Source: Coniocarpon cinnabarinum (Eukaryota). From it: a stretch of DNA of 20,000 bases. Every line of letters begins with the position of its first letter. Within the stretch, counting starts at the first letter, position 1. The stretch covers positions 59,299 to 79,298 of the forward strand of contig JAVECO010000110.1 of assembly GCA_051942205.1 (NCBI GenBank), read 5' to 3'. Positions 1-9,945 of the stretch are shown in pieces. Under the pieces are notes generated by a model. The model saw only the letters and a list, made by a program, of their open reading frames with translations. It made no database searches and was not told the DNA's origin. Position numbers and translations under genes: made by a program.

Positions 1-812
1 CCGTTGTGCACCATCGGATTAGACGTCTGCACGTGCTTCCAACAGATATGCTTTTGATAGATATGCTTCTCCTAGACTGTTTGGTGATGTGCTCTTGCTG
101 ACCGGAAAGAGAGCTAACGCGAATGAAGCGTGCAAGCAAGCACCGGACAAAGTCTTTCTGCAATATTTAAATATATGGGAGTACGGGAACACCAAAACGA
201 ATTAACCTTTAAGCGAGCGATTACCTGGATTCTACCTGCTAGTCCTTAGCGTTCGGTGCTGTTTACGCCAGAAGCGCAAAAATTCGTGCTTGAGAGAGCT
301 TGATTGGCTTGAAATGATTGATTGTGCCTTATCGAAGCTCCAAGGTATCTGATGAATGGTGACATGTTGCGAGATTGTTGTCATTGCAATGCCACACATA
401 TGTGCTGGACTTCCTGTCAATAGATGGCGAGCAAGCGAGCTGTCCGCGATCTCTGGGGAGCTGGCGATGCTGGTCCGGATTAATAAGGCTGTCGAAGTCG
501 CACTGAAGGCCATCTCAGACGTAGCTTTCATTTTGTAAATCGCCACGTGAGGGTGGCAGGTATTACCTTATCACGGCGCACGTAAATCGCTCCTGTGGAT
601 GCTCCGAAACAATGCTAGGGCGGTAATGATCAATCTTTGCGCTGAGTATGGCAATCATCGCTGCAACCATGCCTGCCATTCATTGAAAGGAAACTTTGGG
701 CGTCTAGGAGTCTCTTCCTTAGACCGCTAGTCTATACCCAGCTCTCGGCTCCACGCTCAAGCTCTCAAAATACCATCCGCAGATTTTCGCAATGCCGACG
801 CAGCCCACGTGC

Positions 813-1373
813 TTACACTAATGACTTCACGACGATCCAATCCGTCGTGACCGTGTCCCCCGTCCAAAATCCATGCTCCCCCACCTTCTCAAACCCATGC
901 TTGAGATAAAACTTCTGCGCCCTCCAATTCTCCTCGTAAACACCCAACCACATCGTGCGAAACCCCTGGTCGATCGCCGAGTTGAAACACCTCTGCATGA
1001 GCAATTTCCCGACGCCCGCGCTCTGCAACCGGCTGTCGACGTACAGCCGCCAGAGCTCAATGCGTTTCGGGTAGGATTCAACGCAGGGCTCGTGGGCGCC
1101 GTAGCGGAGGTAGGCGAAACCTGCGACGCAAGGATCGGGGCCAGCTGTGCTGGCGACGAAGATTGTGTAGGAGGGGTCTGAGAGATCGGAGAGAATTTGC
1201 GGCGCGGTATAGAACTCGTCTAGATATTTGACGAGATCTTCGGGGGTCATGGTATGGGCAAATTCTACGGAGAAGACGGAGCGGCCGATGTCGACGATTT
1301 GGTGCACGTCGGCTTCAGTTGCGGGCCGAACCTGGAAGGCGGGTGAGGGCTGAGCCTCGGGCGTAACGGCCAT
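813..1373 (-). CDS. GNAT family N-acetyltransferase, PaiA/spermidine-spermine N1-acetyltransferase-like, single exon (186 aa)
   Basis: First ATG at 1373 (the track start at 1388 is TTG). It has the acetyl-CoA motif A region RLYVDSRLQSAGVGKLLM and a C-terminal WLGVYEENWRAQKFYLKHGFEKVGEHGFWTGD..TDWI that resembles PaiA-type GNATs as I recall them. Confidence 0.85.
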   Translation of the reverse strand: MAVTPEAQPSPAFQVRPATEADVHQIVDIGRSVFSVEFAHTMTPEDLVKYLDEFYTAPQILSDLSDPSYTIFVASTAGPDPCVAGFAYLRYGAHEPCVESYPKRIELWRLYVDSRLQSAGVGKLLMQRCFNSAIDQGFRTMWLGVYEENWRAQKFYLKHGFEKVGEHGFWTGDTVTTDWIVVKSLV

Positions 1374-1768
1374 GATGTTGCTGTGCAATAGTGACGAGAT
1401 TCTAGACTCTGAAACAGTGATTCGGCACTGGGTTGTTATTGGATGACGCAGGGGCCGTTGGGGCGACGGATCAATGATGGATTATTAGGGGTGATTGAAG
1501 GATCGCAGATTAGACACGTCTTTATCTTTTTCTCCAAAACAGTGCAACGACGACTTCGCAACTTCCAGTAGCTTCTGAACTTCCGTTTATTTCTGTGCAG
1601 TCCAAGAAGTCCAGTCATCGAGTAAAGGGCGTATCTTGTGTATACCATGGAGACGCCGTCAAGCGGCTAGGCGGCAGTTTCGGCCTCGGAGCTGACCTTC
1701 GGAGTCAATCGTCATTGGCTGAGCAAGTAGTGTACACACCACTCCATTTCACCCATCTTCGTACCCTC

Positions 1769-2913
1769 ATGTTGAGCGAGATGAACAAGATACCGGATGA
1801 GATTTTCCTCGAGCCGCCGGCAGGTCGAGAGACGAAACATGCGATCTTGTTCATATCAGGCAATCCAGGATTGATTGCCTATTACAAGACCTTTCTGAAC
1901 CGTATCCATGAGCAGGTCAACGCGCAAAACCCCAGAGTTGGCGTCGCAGTATATGGTAAAAGCCTGGGTGGGTTCGAAGTCAATAAGCAGTCCAAAGACA
2001 TCCGACTACATTCCTTGGCAGACCAGGTCAAGCATATTCACGACGTCGTGAACGACTTAGGCAGGATATTGGCACAGAACGCAAGCAGTCCGGTGCCACT
2101 GACCTTGGTCGGTCATTCAGCAGGCACCTACATCCTCTTGCGATGCCTGCAAGAGTATGATCAGTCCATGACCAACACCTCTGCTACCATCAAAGTCGTG
2201 GCCGGAATCCTGCTATTTCCCACCGTTGTAAATGTCGCGAAAAGCCCCGCGGGCATTAAATCAAAGTGGCCATTGTCACTCCCACTTGCTGCGCCGGTGG
2301 GTGGCAATGTAGCATGGGCCGCCGCTCAAGTCGTGCCTCGCAGTGTTTTGCGCAGTGTCATGGCGCAAACGCCTCCCTTCCGAGACGCACAGGCAGGGCC
2401 AGAGAAGGAAGATGCTCTTGAGACAAATGTAGCGTTTTTCAAGAGTCCTCTAGGAGTGGAAGAACTGATGTGAGTCATGTCTACATGTTTGCCACTGATC
2501 TTCCGAATGACTTGTCACAAAGACATCTTGCTGCAGATGAGATGAAAACCATCACGGAAGATCGTTTTGGTGAGGAAATATGGGGCTTTGATGGTTCCAA
2601 TTCCTCTGAGAATACGAACCAGAGAGAGCGGCCAAAGATGTTCTTCTATTTTGGAAGCGAGGATCATTGGGTATCCAACACGACCAGAGAAGCCCTCATT
2701 GCATCGCGCGCATATCAGTCGAAGGTTTCGGAAGAGCCCGTGGCGGCTCGAAAGAATTGGCATCAAGACAGTCGACCTTGGATGGAGATTGACCAGCACG
2801 GTACAAACCATGCCTTTGGTATTTACGATAGTGGTGTCGTAGTGGACAAAGTATGCGAGTACATGGGCGTGGTGTTGTCGAATGGAGGGGAGAGCATGCT
2901 ATCCTATTCGTAG
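1769..2913 (+). CDS. Lipid droplet-associated serine hydrolase (LDAH/DUF2305, alpha/beta hydrolase); exons 1769-2469, 2523-2913 (363 aa)
   Basis: Motifs FISGNPGLIAYY (oxyanion region), LVGHSAGTY (GxSxG), LLFPTV, FYFGSEDHWV and HAF. ORFs 1595-2473 and 2470-2913 are joined by a 53-nt intron GTGAGT...TCACAAAG. The spliced length of 1092 nt is in frame. The start could alternatively be the ATG at 1781. Confidence 0.85.
2470..2522 (+). other. Spliceosomal intron of the LDAH-like gene (GT-AG, AAG acceptor)
   Basis: Donor GTGAGT at 2470. The AAG at 2520-2522 restores the frame (EELI-HLAADEM). The next CAG (2534-2536) gives an immediate TGA. Confidence 0.75.
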
Positions 2914-3154
2914 ATCCGCTTCCGGCACACAAGGCGCATCGGAAAAAGCAAACATCCACCACGTATCTTTAAAACAGAACTAATCGCAGATGGATCAAAT
3001 TCCAGAGGCAGTGTAATAGCGGTACACTGCGAGAATGTGTCCACAGTATCCACAGCCCGTAATCAGCTGTTGGGCTCTTAACTTGCAAGTAATAGTGCAG
3101 CAATTACGCCGAAGGCGCTCGACTGGAAACGATTTTTCGGAAGCCACCTCACGT

Positions 3155-4661
3155 CTAAAGAGGGCCGGACATGAGGAAAGCGTTAACTGCGTTCAATGTA
3201 GCTCTCGATGGGTTCGCTGCTGGCAGACGCACCGTGATGCGCGCAAGCTCGCGCTTGATAGTCGTTTTATCAACATGTGGGCTCTCAATTTGCTCGTCAC
3301 AGTCCAGATCGATACTCAAGCGTTGAGCGCTGTCTGCAGCTGCTTGCCATTTGCACAGAACAGCCAGCGCCACTCCCACAGACAGATCCTTGCCGGTAGG
3401 ACATAGGACAGCAATGGGCTGGTGCTCTCGCAGCAACGGCAAGAAATCAGACAGCTTGGTCAACTCGCGTCTGAGGTCACGTGAACCTTGTTTACCTTTG
3501 GCGCAACGTAAATGAAGAATGGGTGCATCACCGCCTGTTGCATCTTGTCCCTTTGTGGCCTTAGACGGGCCTATGAGAATCTGCGCGGCTTCGGGCGCAA
3601 TTACAGTAGTACTCCCCAAAGAGCCGACGAAGACGCAGGGCTTATTCGAAACTTGAGTGACCAGCTCTCGAGGATGTGCGCCAGCTGATGGATTTGTCTT
3701 AATTGACGAAATCACATTGGGAAGATCGCACTCCTCTTCACCGAGGAGAAGAGCGCTATTCGCCCAGAAAAGTTCTGGAGTAAGGCCTTTAGCCCAGGTC
3801 TCGCTGTCGTCTCCTGCACCTTGGATGTACTCATGGTCATCCGGACGCTCGCTGTAATGCGACGCCATGCACAGATAAATACTGTTCGTGGATCCGGAGC
3901 GCTCATCTGAGTGCCCTAAGCTGCCAGATTTCAGGCTCCTAATCATCCACTGCGGGTCCAGTGGCTTGCGCAACTGTGCTCTCAACTTTTCTGGGTCGAG
4001 GTCAAGACTCTTTGTGAGTTAGTCGGTCCTTTGCACGAACTAGCGATGCTCTCACCTCAGCTTGCGCTACGAAATGCGGAATTCGAGACTGTATTTGTGT
4101 GCGCTCCGAGTCGCTGCTCAAGCGTGAATGCAACTTTACAGCCTGTGAACATGCATGGTGGGGGAACAACAGCGCGTTGAGCACGGCGCACCAGATGGGG
4201 ATGGTCTTCGCAATCGCATCAGGAGCGTCTGTGATACAAACTCAACATGCGATCAAACCGATTGACGTCGGAAGTGGGTCAGTGTGCCTACGCTTTCCTC
4301 TCCGCGTCGAGTCGACAATGATACAGCCCCCGTGTTCCCCAATAAGGGGCAAAAGATGCAAGTTCAAACGGCGTAGGCTGAAAGACCATTGGCCGAAGTG
4401 GCCGTCGGTGCTCTTGAAATACACACTGCCGGTCTTGAGTGGTGGAGGAACGTACCAGCTCCCACATCGTTCGTTAGCAATCAGGGGCAAATCCGTCGAG
4501 TGCTTCTGAGCAGTCACATAGGCGGCGTCGGCGTCGATGGAGCGCAGCCTCGCGCCAATGGAGTGTGAGGCCTGCGCATGGTGTATGTGCCGTGCCGTGC
4601 TCCCAATGCTGACAGCAGCAGGATAGAAATATAGGTCAGCCTGTGTGAGTGGAGAAGGCAT
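3155..4661 (-). CDS. RIT1: Initiator tRNA A64 2'-O-ribosylphosphate transferase; exons 4661-4292, 4228-4056, 4009-3155 (465 aa)
   Basis: Rit1 signature motifs LIANERCGSWY, YFKSTDGHFGQWSFSLRRLNLHL, IIVDSTRRGK.APDAIAKTIPIWCAVLN, YIQGAGDDSETWA.GLTP, C.TGKDLSVGVAL and ANPSRATL..VNAFLM. The three exons total 1398 nt, in frame. Confidence 0.93.
4010..4055 (-). other. RIT1 intron 2 (46 nt, GTGAGA...CTAAC TCACAAAG; AAG acceptor)
   Basis: Canonical branch point CTAAC at 4023-4019, followed by AAG at 4012-4010 as the first AG. It gives in-frame AQAE-SLDLDPEKLR. The downstream CAG at 3993-3991 leads to TGA within three codons. Confidence 0.78.
4229..4291 (-). other. RIT1 intron 1 (63 nt, GTAGGC...ATCACAG)
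   Basis: Joins RRGK to HAPDAIAKT in phase 1, restoring the conserved motif. Confidence 0.8.
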
Positions 4662-5000
4662 CAAAGTAACTTGCACCGAACAGAGTGTAGAAATACAGGT
4701 AGCTGAAGTAGCAAGGCAAGGGAGGCACTCCTCGCCTAAATGCGACCCTAAAATTAGGGACCCAGGCGCCCGCATGTGGGGGTTCATAGCCCCCATCCAT
4801 CCCCCACCGCGCTGGGGCTAGATTCCTAACAGGTTTGTGCGCAATGACGACACAGCTGATCAAAAATTCCCGTTGCAAAGGCGCAGCTGGACTTCGAATA
4901 TCAGCTAAAGCCTCTCCTACAGCGCTCGAAGCAATGTAGACTGCCATGTTTCGCGCAACACGATTGCGCCACCCCTTTCCCACACTTTGCACGCTTTGAG
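4662..5000. promoter_or_regulatory. Divergent promoter region between RIT1 and the 5-phosphatase gene
   Basis: Only 339 bp separate the head-to-head ATGs. Confidence 0.55.
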
Positions 5001-8000
5001 ATGCCCTTGTCACGATCCAACACCCAAGCGAGTGGCTACCAATCCTCGCCGTCCATCTCCAGCGAAGAGGTACCTGGCGGATATCCAGACACTGAAGCTG
5101 CACGTGCTGTTTCAACACAGCAGACTCTTTCCGAAGCCATCCATGCGCGCCGCGCCGAGTTTACCCGACCACATACCATTCGCATCAAGGTGGGCACATG
5201 GAATGCGGGTGGCAAGAAAGGCACCGTAAGCGACATAGGCGGGTGGTTCGTGAAGAGCAAGGGGGTGGATGAGACACTCAACGCTTTGGATGATGTCTAC
5301 AATATTCACCTGGACGATGAGGGTCGCCCAGACCCGTCAAGCGGAGACCAAAGAGAAGGCATTACTGAGCAGGAAGCAAGAGTAGCACAGGGACCCAAAC
5401 GAGCAAGTACTGTGCCCGAGCACGATGCAAGCGATATTCCCAGCGACGGTCAGATTGGTCTTTACGTGCTTGGCCTTCAAGAGATTGTCGACATCTCATC
5501 GCCGGCAGAAGCTCTGCGACCGTACCATGACCCTGCTGTATCCAAGCGATGGAAGGAGAATATCGAGCACGCTCTGCCCCAGGGCTACCAGTGTGTTGCT
5601 CAGCACCAGCTGACGGGGCTCATGATGCTCATATACGCCTCGCCATCGGTCAGACCGCAAATCAGTTCAGTCAGCACAACTTCCTGCGGCACAGGTGTGA
5701 TGGGCGTGATGGGCAATAAAGGGGCTGTTACTACCCGTCTTGTGCTTGGTGAGACCACTCGGCTTGTCTTCATCAACTCTCACCTATCTTCTGGTCTTGG
5801 CAGAAGTGAGCTCGATAGAAGGAACTGGGATGCTCGTCAAATTGTAGCCAAGACGCAGTATGACCCCATCGTCGATAGTCTTGGGTATGTATCATCAAAG
5901 AAAGAACGCATTGGTGATGAAGACTTTGCGTTTTGGTTTGGCGATCTCAACTACCGTGTTGAGGATGTCTCCGGTCACGAAGTAAGGAGGCTTCTCACAC
6001 TTCACGCTCGCAACGAGTACGATCTGCTTCAAGACCGAGCTGCTGCTGCCGCTCGGGAACATAACTCTGCGGTCACAAACTCTGAGAGCGACGAACGTAG
6101 ATCTGTCGAGTTTTCTCCCGATCTATCGTCCTCTACAATGTCGTCACCTGCCACGACACCGACGGAGGCGAGCTTCGATCGTACCTCTGTGACTTCTTTC
6201 ACTCATGGCGCAGGAGAGGACGAGCCTTTGGCTCCAAGCTCAGATCCGAGCCATCTGCAAACGACATTAGACTCGCTTCTTGCGCATGACGAGCTGAGGA
6301 GAATGCAAAAGCAACGTCGCATGTTTCATGATGGATGGCGAGAGGGTCCAGTGACTTTTCTTCCCACGTACAAGTATGATGTGGGTAGCGTTAGTGTGTT
6401 TGATTCTACTGACAAGAAGCGCGGACCCAGTTGGTGTGATCGAATTCTGTATAGAACGAGAAAAGATAAGACAGACTACGAAAATCTTATCATAGAAGAG
6501 CAAGAGGCTCAGCGTAAAGATAAGGAGCTCGAGGCCAACGGAATCGATAAGGCGGCTTCGGAGGAAAACATGTTGTACGAGTACGATCCGGACACCGATG
6601 CCGACGAAGCTCAACAAGACAACTTTGTCACTGGGGATGAGCCTCTCCAACTTACCACGCATGAAGGCTACACAGATCTGATCCAGCTAGAATACTATGT
6701 CTCACATCAACGTGTCCTGTCTTCGGACCACAAGCCTCTTGATGCAGTATTCAAGCTCGAATATGATGCCGTGGTCCCAGAACTCAAAAGTCAAGTCCAC
6801 CAGCAGGTAGCTCGGGACCTCGACCGCGCTGAGAACGAGGCAAGACCACTGGTGACTCTTGTTGCTGACAGGCAGACCAGGAGCAATGACCGAGGCAGTG
6901 ATTCAGTCCATTTCGAGAACATGCACTATGAAGAGGAGGTGGTGCAAACTTTGACGCTGGCAAACATTGGCCGTGTAAATGCATCTTTTGGATTTCTGTG
7001 TCGACAACAAGGAAATTCATCAAAGATGGCTCCGACACCTGAATGGCTTACAGTGAGTATCGATACGCCGAGTGGCGATCCGGATCGTAGCGCTGTCATA
7101 CAAGAGAAGCCGAAGACACAAGAAGAATGGGCAGTAGACATCCTTGATGTCTATTCGCTTGAACCTGGATGTACCTGCACAATTAGAGTGACTGCTTGTG
7201 TTCGCTCCAAAGCTCTAGCGAGGCGCCTAAACGATGGCGGTGCTCTTGACGATGTTTTGATTCTTCGGATCAAAGAAGGACGTGATCACTTCGTACTGGT
7301 GGATGGCACATGGTCGCCAACAGTCATTGGTCGGTCAATAAGCGAGCTCATCAGATTACCCGAGGGCGGCATACGCATGTTCTGGGGAAGCAAATCATCC
7401 GGTCGTGGTGATGATAGTGGTACTGCCGGCAATAATCACAGTACCGTATCGTCATCCGCCCCACGAGAGTTATTCAGACTGACTCGAGCTATAGAAGCAA
7501 TGACTGAAAGAGCACTTGCTGAATCCAGCATGCTCCAGAATGAGGCAAAAGACAATAAAAACAGTCCTTGGATCGACCATGCTGGATGGCCTTTCGAAGG
7601 TTGGAAGTCTGAAATTGCAGACAGGCACAGCCTTAGACTTGAGATCACCAAGGCGCTTGATTCTGGACACGCATTTGACGAACTCTGGCCAGCTGACGTC
7701 CCCACTCTTCATCGACTCGAGGCGCTGTGTGAGGCACTCCTGGTGTTTCTCGATAGCCTTAGCGATGGCATCATTACTGATCAACTCTGGACCAGGCTCG
7801 TGCAAAACTACTTCATGAACGAGCGTTCGAAGCTTACAGTCAGCCGTGACGATCAGCGCGCTGTCGTGCTTGAGATACTGTCTACTTCATCGCCACACAG
7901 TATTTCGTTCGTACTTCTAACTTCAACGCTAAGTGCCTTGTCGCAAGAGATTGCGCATAGCGCACAAGACCACCATGTTCAAGAAATGCCAGCATCGTCC

Positions 8001-8207
8001 CCGAAAGCACACGTGCGACGCAAAACTCTAAGTGTGCATCCTTCAGTGGCTCGACGTCAACTCGTTCAGAAAAGCTATGCTGCCATCCTAGCTGATGTCG
8101 TCGTAAGACTGCCTGAGAACACTCCGCTGAAGGCCCAAATCACGTCGAAAGAACAAAGTCGAGAATTCCTTGAAATGTTTTTGGAACAGAACAGCCGACC
8201 AGACTGA
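5001..8207 (+). CDS. Type II inositol polyphosphate 5-phosphatase, OCRL/INPP5B-like (5-phosphatase domain, probable ASH domain, degenerate RhoGAP-like C-terminus); 1068 aa, no intron needed
   Basis: Motifs VGTWN, GLQEIVD, GNKGAV, FINSHL, FWFGDLNYR, FLPTYKYD, PSWCDRIL and SSDHKP. The segment from TLANIG to LDDVLILRIKEGRDHF and the helical tail match the OCRL/INPP5B architecture. Confidence 0.9.
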   Translation: MPLSRSNTQASGYQSSPSISSEEVPGGYPDTEAARAVSTQQTLSEAIHARRAEFTRPHTIRIKVGTWNAGGKKGTVSDIGGWFVKSKGVDETLNALDDVYNIHLDDEGRPDPSSGDQREGITEQEARVAQGPKRASTVPEHDASDIPSDGQIGLYVLGLQEIVDISSPAEALRPYHDPAVSKRWKENIEHALPQGYQCVAQHQLTGLMMLIYASPSVRPQISSVSTTSCGTGVMGVMGNKGAVTTRLVLGETTRLVFINSHLSSGLGRSELDRRNWDARQIVAKTQYDPIVDSLGYVSSKKERIGDEDFAFWFGDLNYRVEDVSGHEVRRLLTLHARNEYDLLQDRAAAAAREHNSAVTNSESDERRSVEFSPDLSSSTMSSPATTPTEASFDRTSVTSFTHGAGEDEPLAPSSDPSHLQTTLDSLLAHDELRRMQKQRRMFHDGWREGPVTFLPTYKYDVGSVSVFDSTDKKRGPSWCDRILYRTRKDKTDYENLIIEEQEAQRKDKELEANGIDKAASEENMLYEYDPDTDADEAQQDNFVTGDEPLQLTTHEGYTDLIQLEYYVSHQRVLSSDHKPLDAVFKLEYDAVVPELKSQVHQQVARDLDRAENEARPLVTLVADRQTRSNDRGSDSVHFENMHYEEEVVQTLTLANIGRVNASFGFLCRQQGNSSKMAPTPEWLTVSIDTPSGDPDRSAVIQEKPKTQEEWAVDILDVYSLEPGCTCTIRVTACVRSKALARRLNDGGALDDVLILRIKEGRDHFVLVDGTWSPTVIGRSISELIRLPEGGIRMFWGSKSSGRGDDSGTAGNNHSTVSSSAPRELFRLTRAIEAMTERALAESSMLQNEAKDNKNSPWIDHAGWPFEGWKSEIADRHSLRLEITKALDSGHAFDELWPADVPTLHRLEALCEALLVFLDSLSDGIITDQLWTRLVQNYFMNERSKLTVSRDDQRAVVLEILSTSSPHSISFVLLTSTLSALSQEIAHSAQDHHVQEMPASSPKAHVRRKTLSVHPSVARRQLVQKSYAAILADVVVRLPENTPLKAQITSKEQSREFLEMFLEQNSRPD

Positions 8208-8407
8208 AGTGAGCAGGAGGCGACTGATGGTTATACACCGTCAAGTCAATGCCTAGCTGCAATGTTAGGTTTGACACATCTCAGGAGTCCGCCAGCGTGG
8301 CATCAACACGTATCCGAGCAAGATACCGATAGAGGCTTGCATTTGAATGTTCCAATCTCTACAAATACACCCCACCCGCGTGATAGACGCGATATCCAAT
8401 TTCGCCT

Positions 8408-9418
8408 TCACGAACGGTCTTTGGGACAAGCAGATCCGTCAACAGCCCAAGTCTCATCTTCTTGTTTTCCTCTCCAAGCAGCACCTGGTAGCAATGTGAA
8501 TCGACTGGAAACACAACGCTCCTTCGGCCTTGGCCCCGGTGCAGCTTCTGCAGTGATTTCCATTCCTGACGACACCCTTCCGCGATAGATATGGAATCCA
8601 ATATTACCAACCGGTATCGCCTGGAGCGCAATCAAGCTCGGTATCTGCGGCAACACCCAAAGATCACGGTACACATCCGTTGTTCCCGCGCGCTGCGGAT
8701 ACCAGATCCGAAGCAGCAGTTTCGCCCCGGGTTGATTGCGGAAGAAAGGCAAGTGTCGTGCCTCATAATAGCCGCAACCAACGAGTATGGACGTCAATCG
8801 CTCCAGTGTGTCGACCTGTCCGCAGATCATCTTTCTGTGCGCGTCAAATCTCTCCAGATCTTCTAGGTATCCTTTTGCCAGAGGGTCTTTATCATGGGGC
8901 GGTTCCGGACCGCGATATGCGCCACAGTCGAAGACGCCATATATGTTGACTTTGCGAGCGCATCGCAGCAACCATGGCCAATGGTGCGCTACCGCACACA
9001 GACCGCCTGGATAACTGAGGTGCAGCTCCAAACCCTCGCCGAGGTCCTGCCAAGGCGGGCTGCTAAGATCATCATAGAACGTGTGACACACGGCTCTCAA
9101 GCTGCTAAAAGTGTGTGGATACGCCGACTCCGTCTCTTGAATGACTTGGCCATTGCAGGGCCATGACGAGCCATATTGAGTGCCGCGAAGGCTGGTGACG
9201 AGGGCTGCGCGAGAGTACCCAGGAATGAGGACCGGTACGTGTGAAGAGGGCAGGTTAGGAATAGGCTCGTTCGGTTGTGACGGTGTCAGTGAGGGTACCG
9301 TCGTGATTGTAAGAGGCTCAGACGTCGTTGCATACGTCAGGATTTGCAGACGGAGCTCGTGGGGCAACTCGAGGAGCGGGGAGGTGGGAATGGTGGTCTG
9401 TTCAGAGCACGACTGCAT
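8408..9418 (-). CDS. Hypothetical protein (336 aa) with an N-terminal F-box-like motif
   Basis: Uninterrupted ATG-initiated 1011-nt ORF filling the gap between known genes. SPLLELPHELRLQILTY matches the fungal F-box-like start L..LP.E.R..I..Y. Confidence 0.72.
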   Translation of the reverse strand: MQSCSEQTTIPTSPLLELPHELRLQILTYATTSEPLTITTVPSLTPSQPNEPIPNLPSSHVPVLIPGYSRAALVTSLRGTQYGSSWPCNGQVIQETESAYPHTFSSLRAVCHTFYDDLSSPPWQDLGEGLELHLSYPGGLCAVAHHWPWLLRCARKVNIYGVFDCGAYRGPEPPHDKDPLAKGYLEDLERFDAHRKMICGQVDTLERLTSILVGCGYYEARHLPFFRNQPGAKLLLRIWYPQRAGTTDVYRDLWVLPQIPSLIALQAIPVGNIGFHIYRGRVSSGMEITAEAAPGPRPKERCVSSRFTLLPGAAWRGKQEDETWAVDGSACPKDRS

Positions 9419-9945
9419 GGTAAGGTCTTTGAAGGGAGCAGGGCTTGATGAATAATGTCGCTACGCTGAAACGAAGAATGATATTTAAATGAACCTGCTA
9501 GAATGAAGAGCTTGCATGGGCGCCAAACGCCAAATTGTGCATCATGTCGCAGCATTGCCAATAGGAAGTGCAATGCAATAAGTGGCGTAAATTTTCATGC
9601 CTAAAATTCAAGGCGAAACGATCTTCTCTTCGTATCAATGCTCTTGGGCACGAGAGCATTTCATTGTTGCTCTTGTACACAAGTATCACTAATCCGAGCC
9701 GTGCGCCCCTTTTGTGCAAACCACTTCGACTGAACAAACACAAAAAAACACAAAAAGCGTCAGCTCAGCTTACCCGCACAAGTCATCCTCCAGCTTGATT
9801 ATCACTCGATGTCGGAATTTACGCAGCCCAGCTTTGACCAGGTAGACTCTAAGTCTTCTTCCCGACACGCCGGCACAGACCAGGATTGACGGTCGGAACA
9901 CAAAGTACCCGTCGCAGTGACACTCTCAGTACTTAGTGTCAACCA

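Noticed and set aside
232..546. ORFs 232-546 (-) and 356-538 (+)
   Set aside because: Short, with no recognisable motifs. The minus ORF starts at GTG, which is not a normal fungal start.
1595..1768. N-terminal extension of the LDAH ORF from the track
   Set aside because: Begins at GTG. The first ATG is at 1769, and the extension lies in the divergent promoter.
3376..3404. RIT1 C-terminal CPTGKDLS as an active CX5R phosphatase motif
   Set aside because: It lacks the arginine. This is the known dual-specificity-phosphatase-like C-terminal domain of the Rit1 family.
2470..4291. Frameshifted pseudogenes or programmed frameshifting for the split LDAH and RIT1 ORFs
   Set aside because: The breaks are fully explained by short GT-AG introns giving in-frame products with intact motifs.
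4662..4796. 45-codon in-frame upstream extension of RIT1 (ATG 4796)
   Set aside because: No Rit1-like sequence, and it would occupy much of the short divergent promoter. ATG 4661 is preferred, though the extension is not formally excluded.
9733..9757. A-rich tract AACAAACACAAAAAAACACAAAAAG
   Set aside because: Simple low-complexity intergenic sequence. No target-site duplication or retroelement body is evident.
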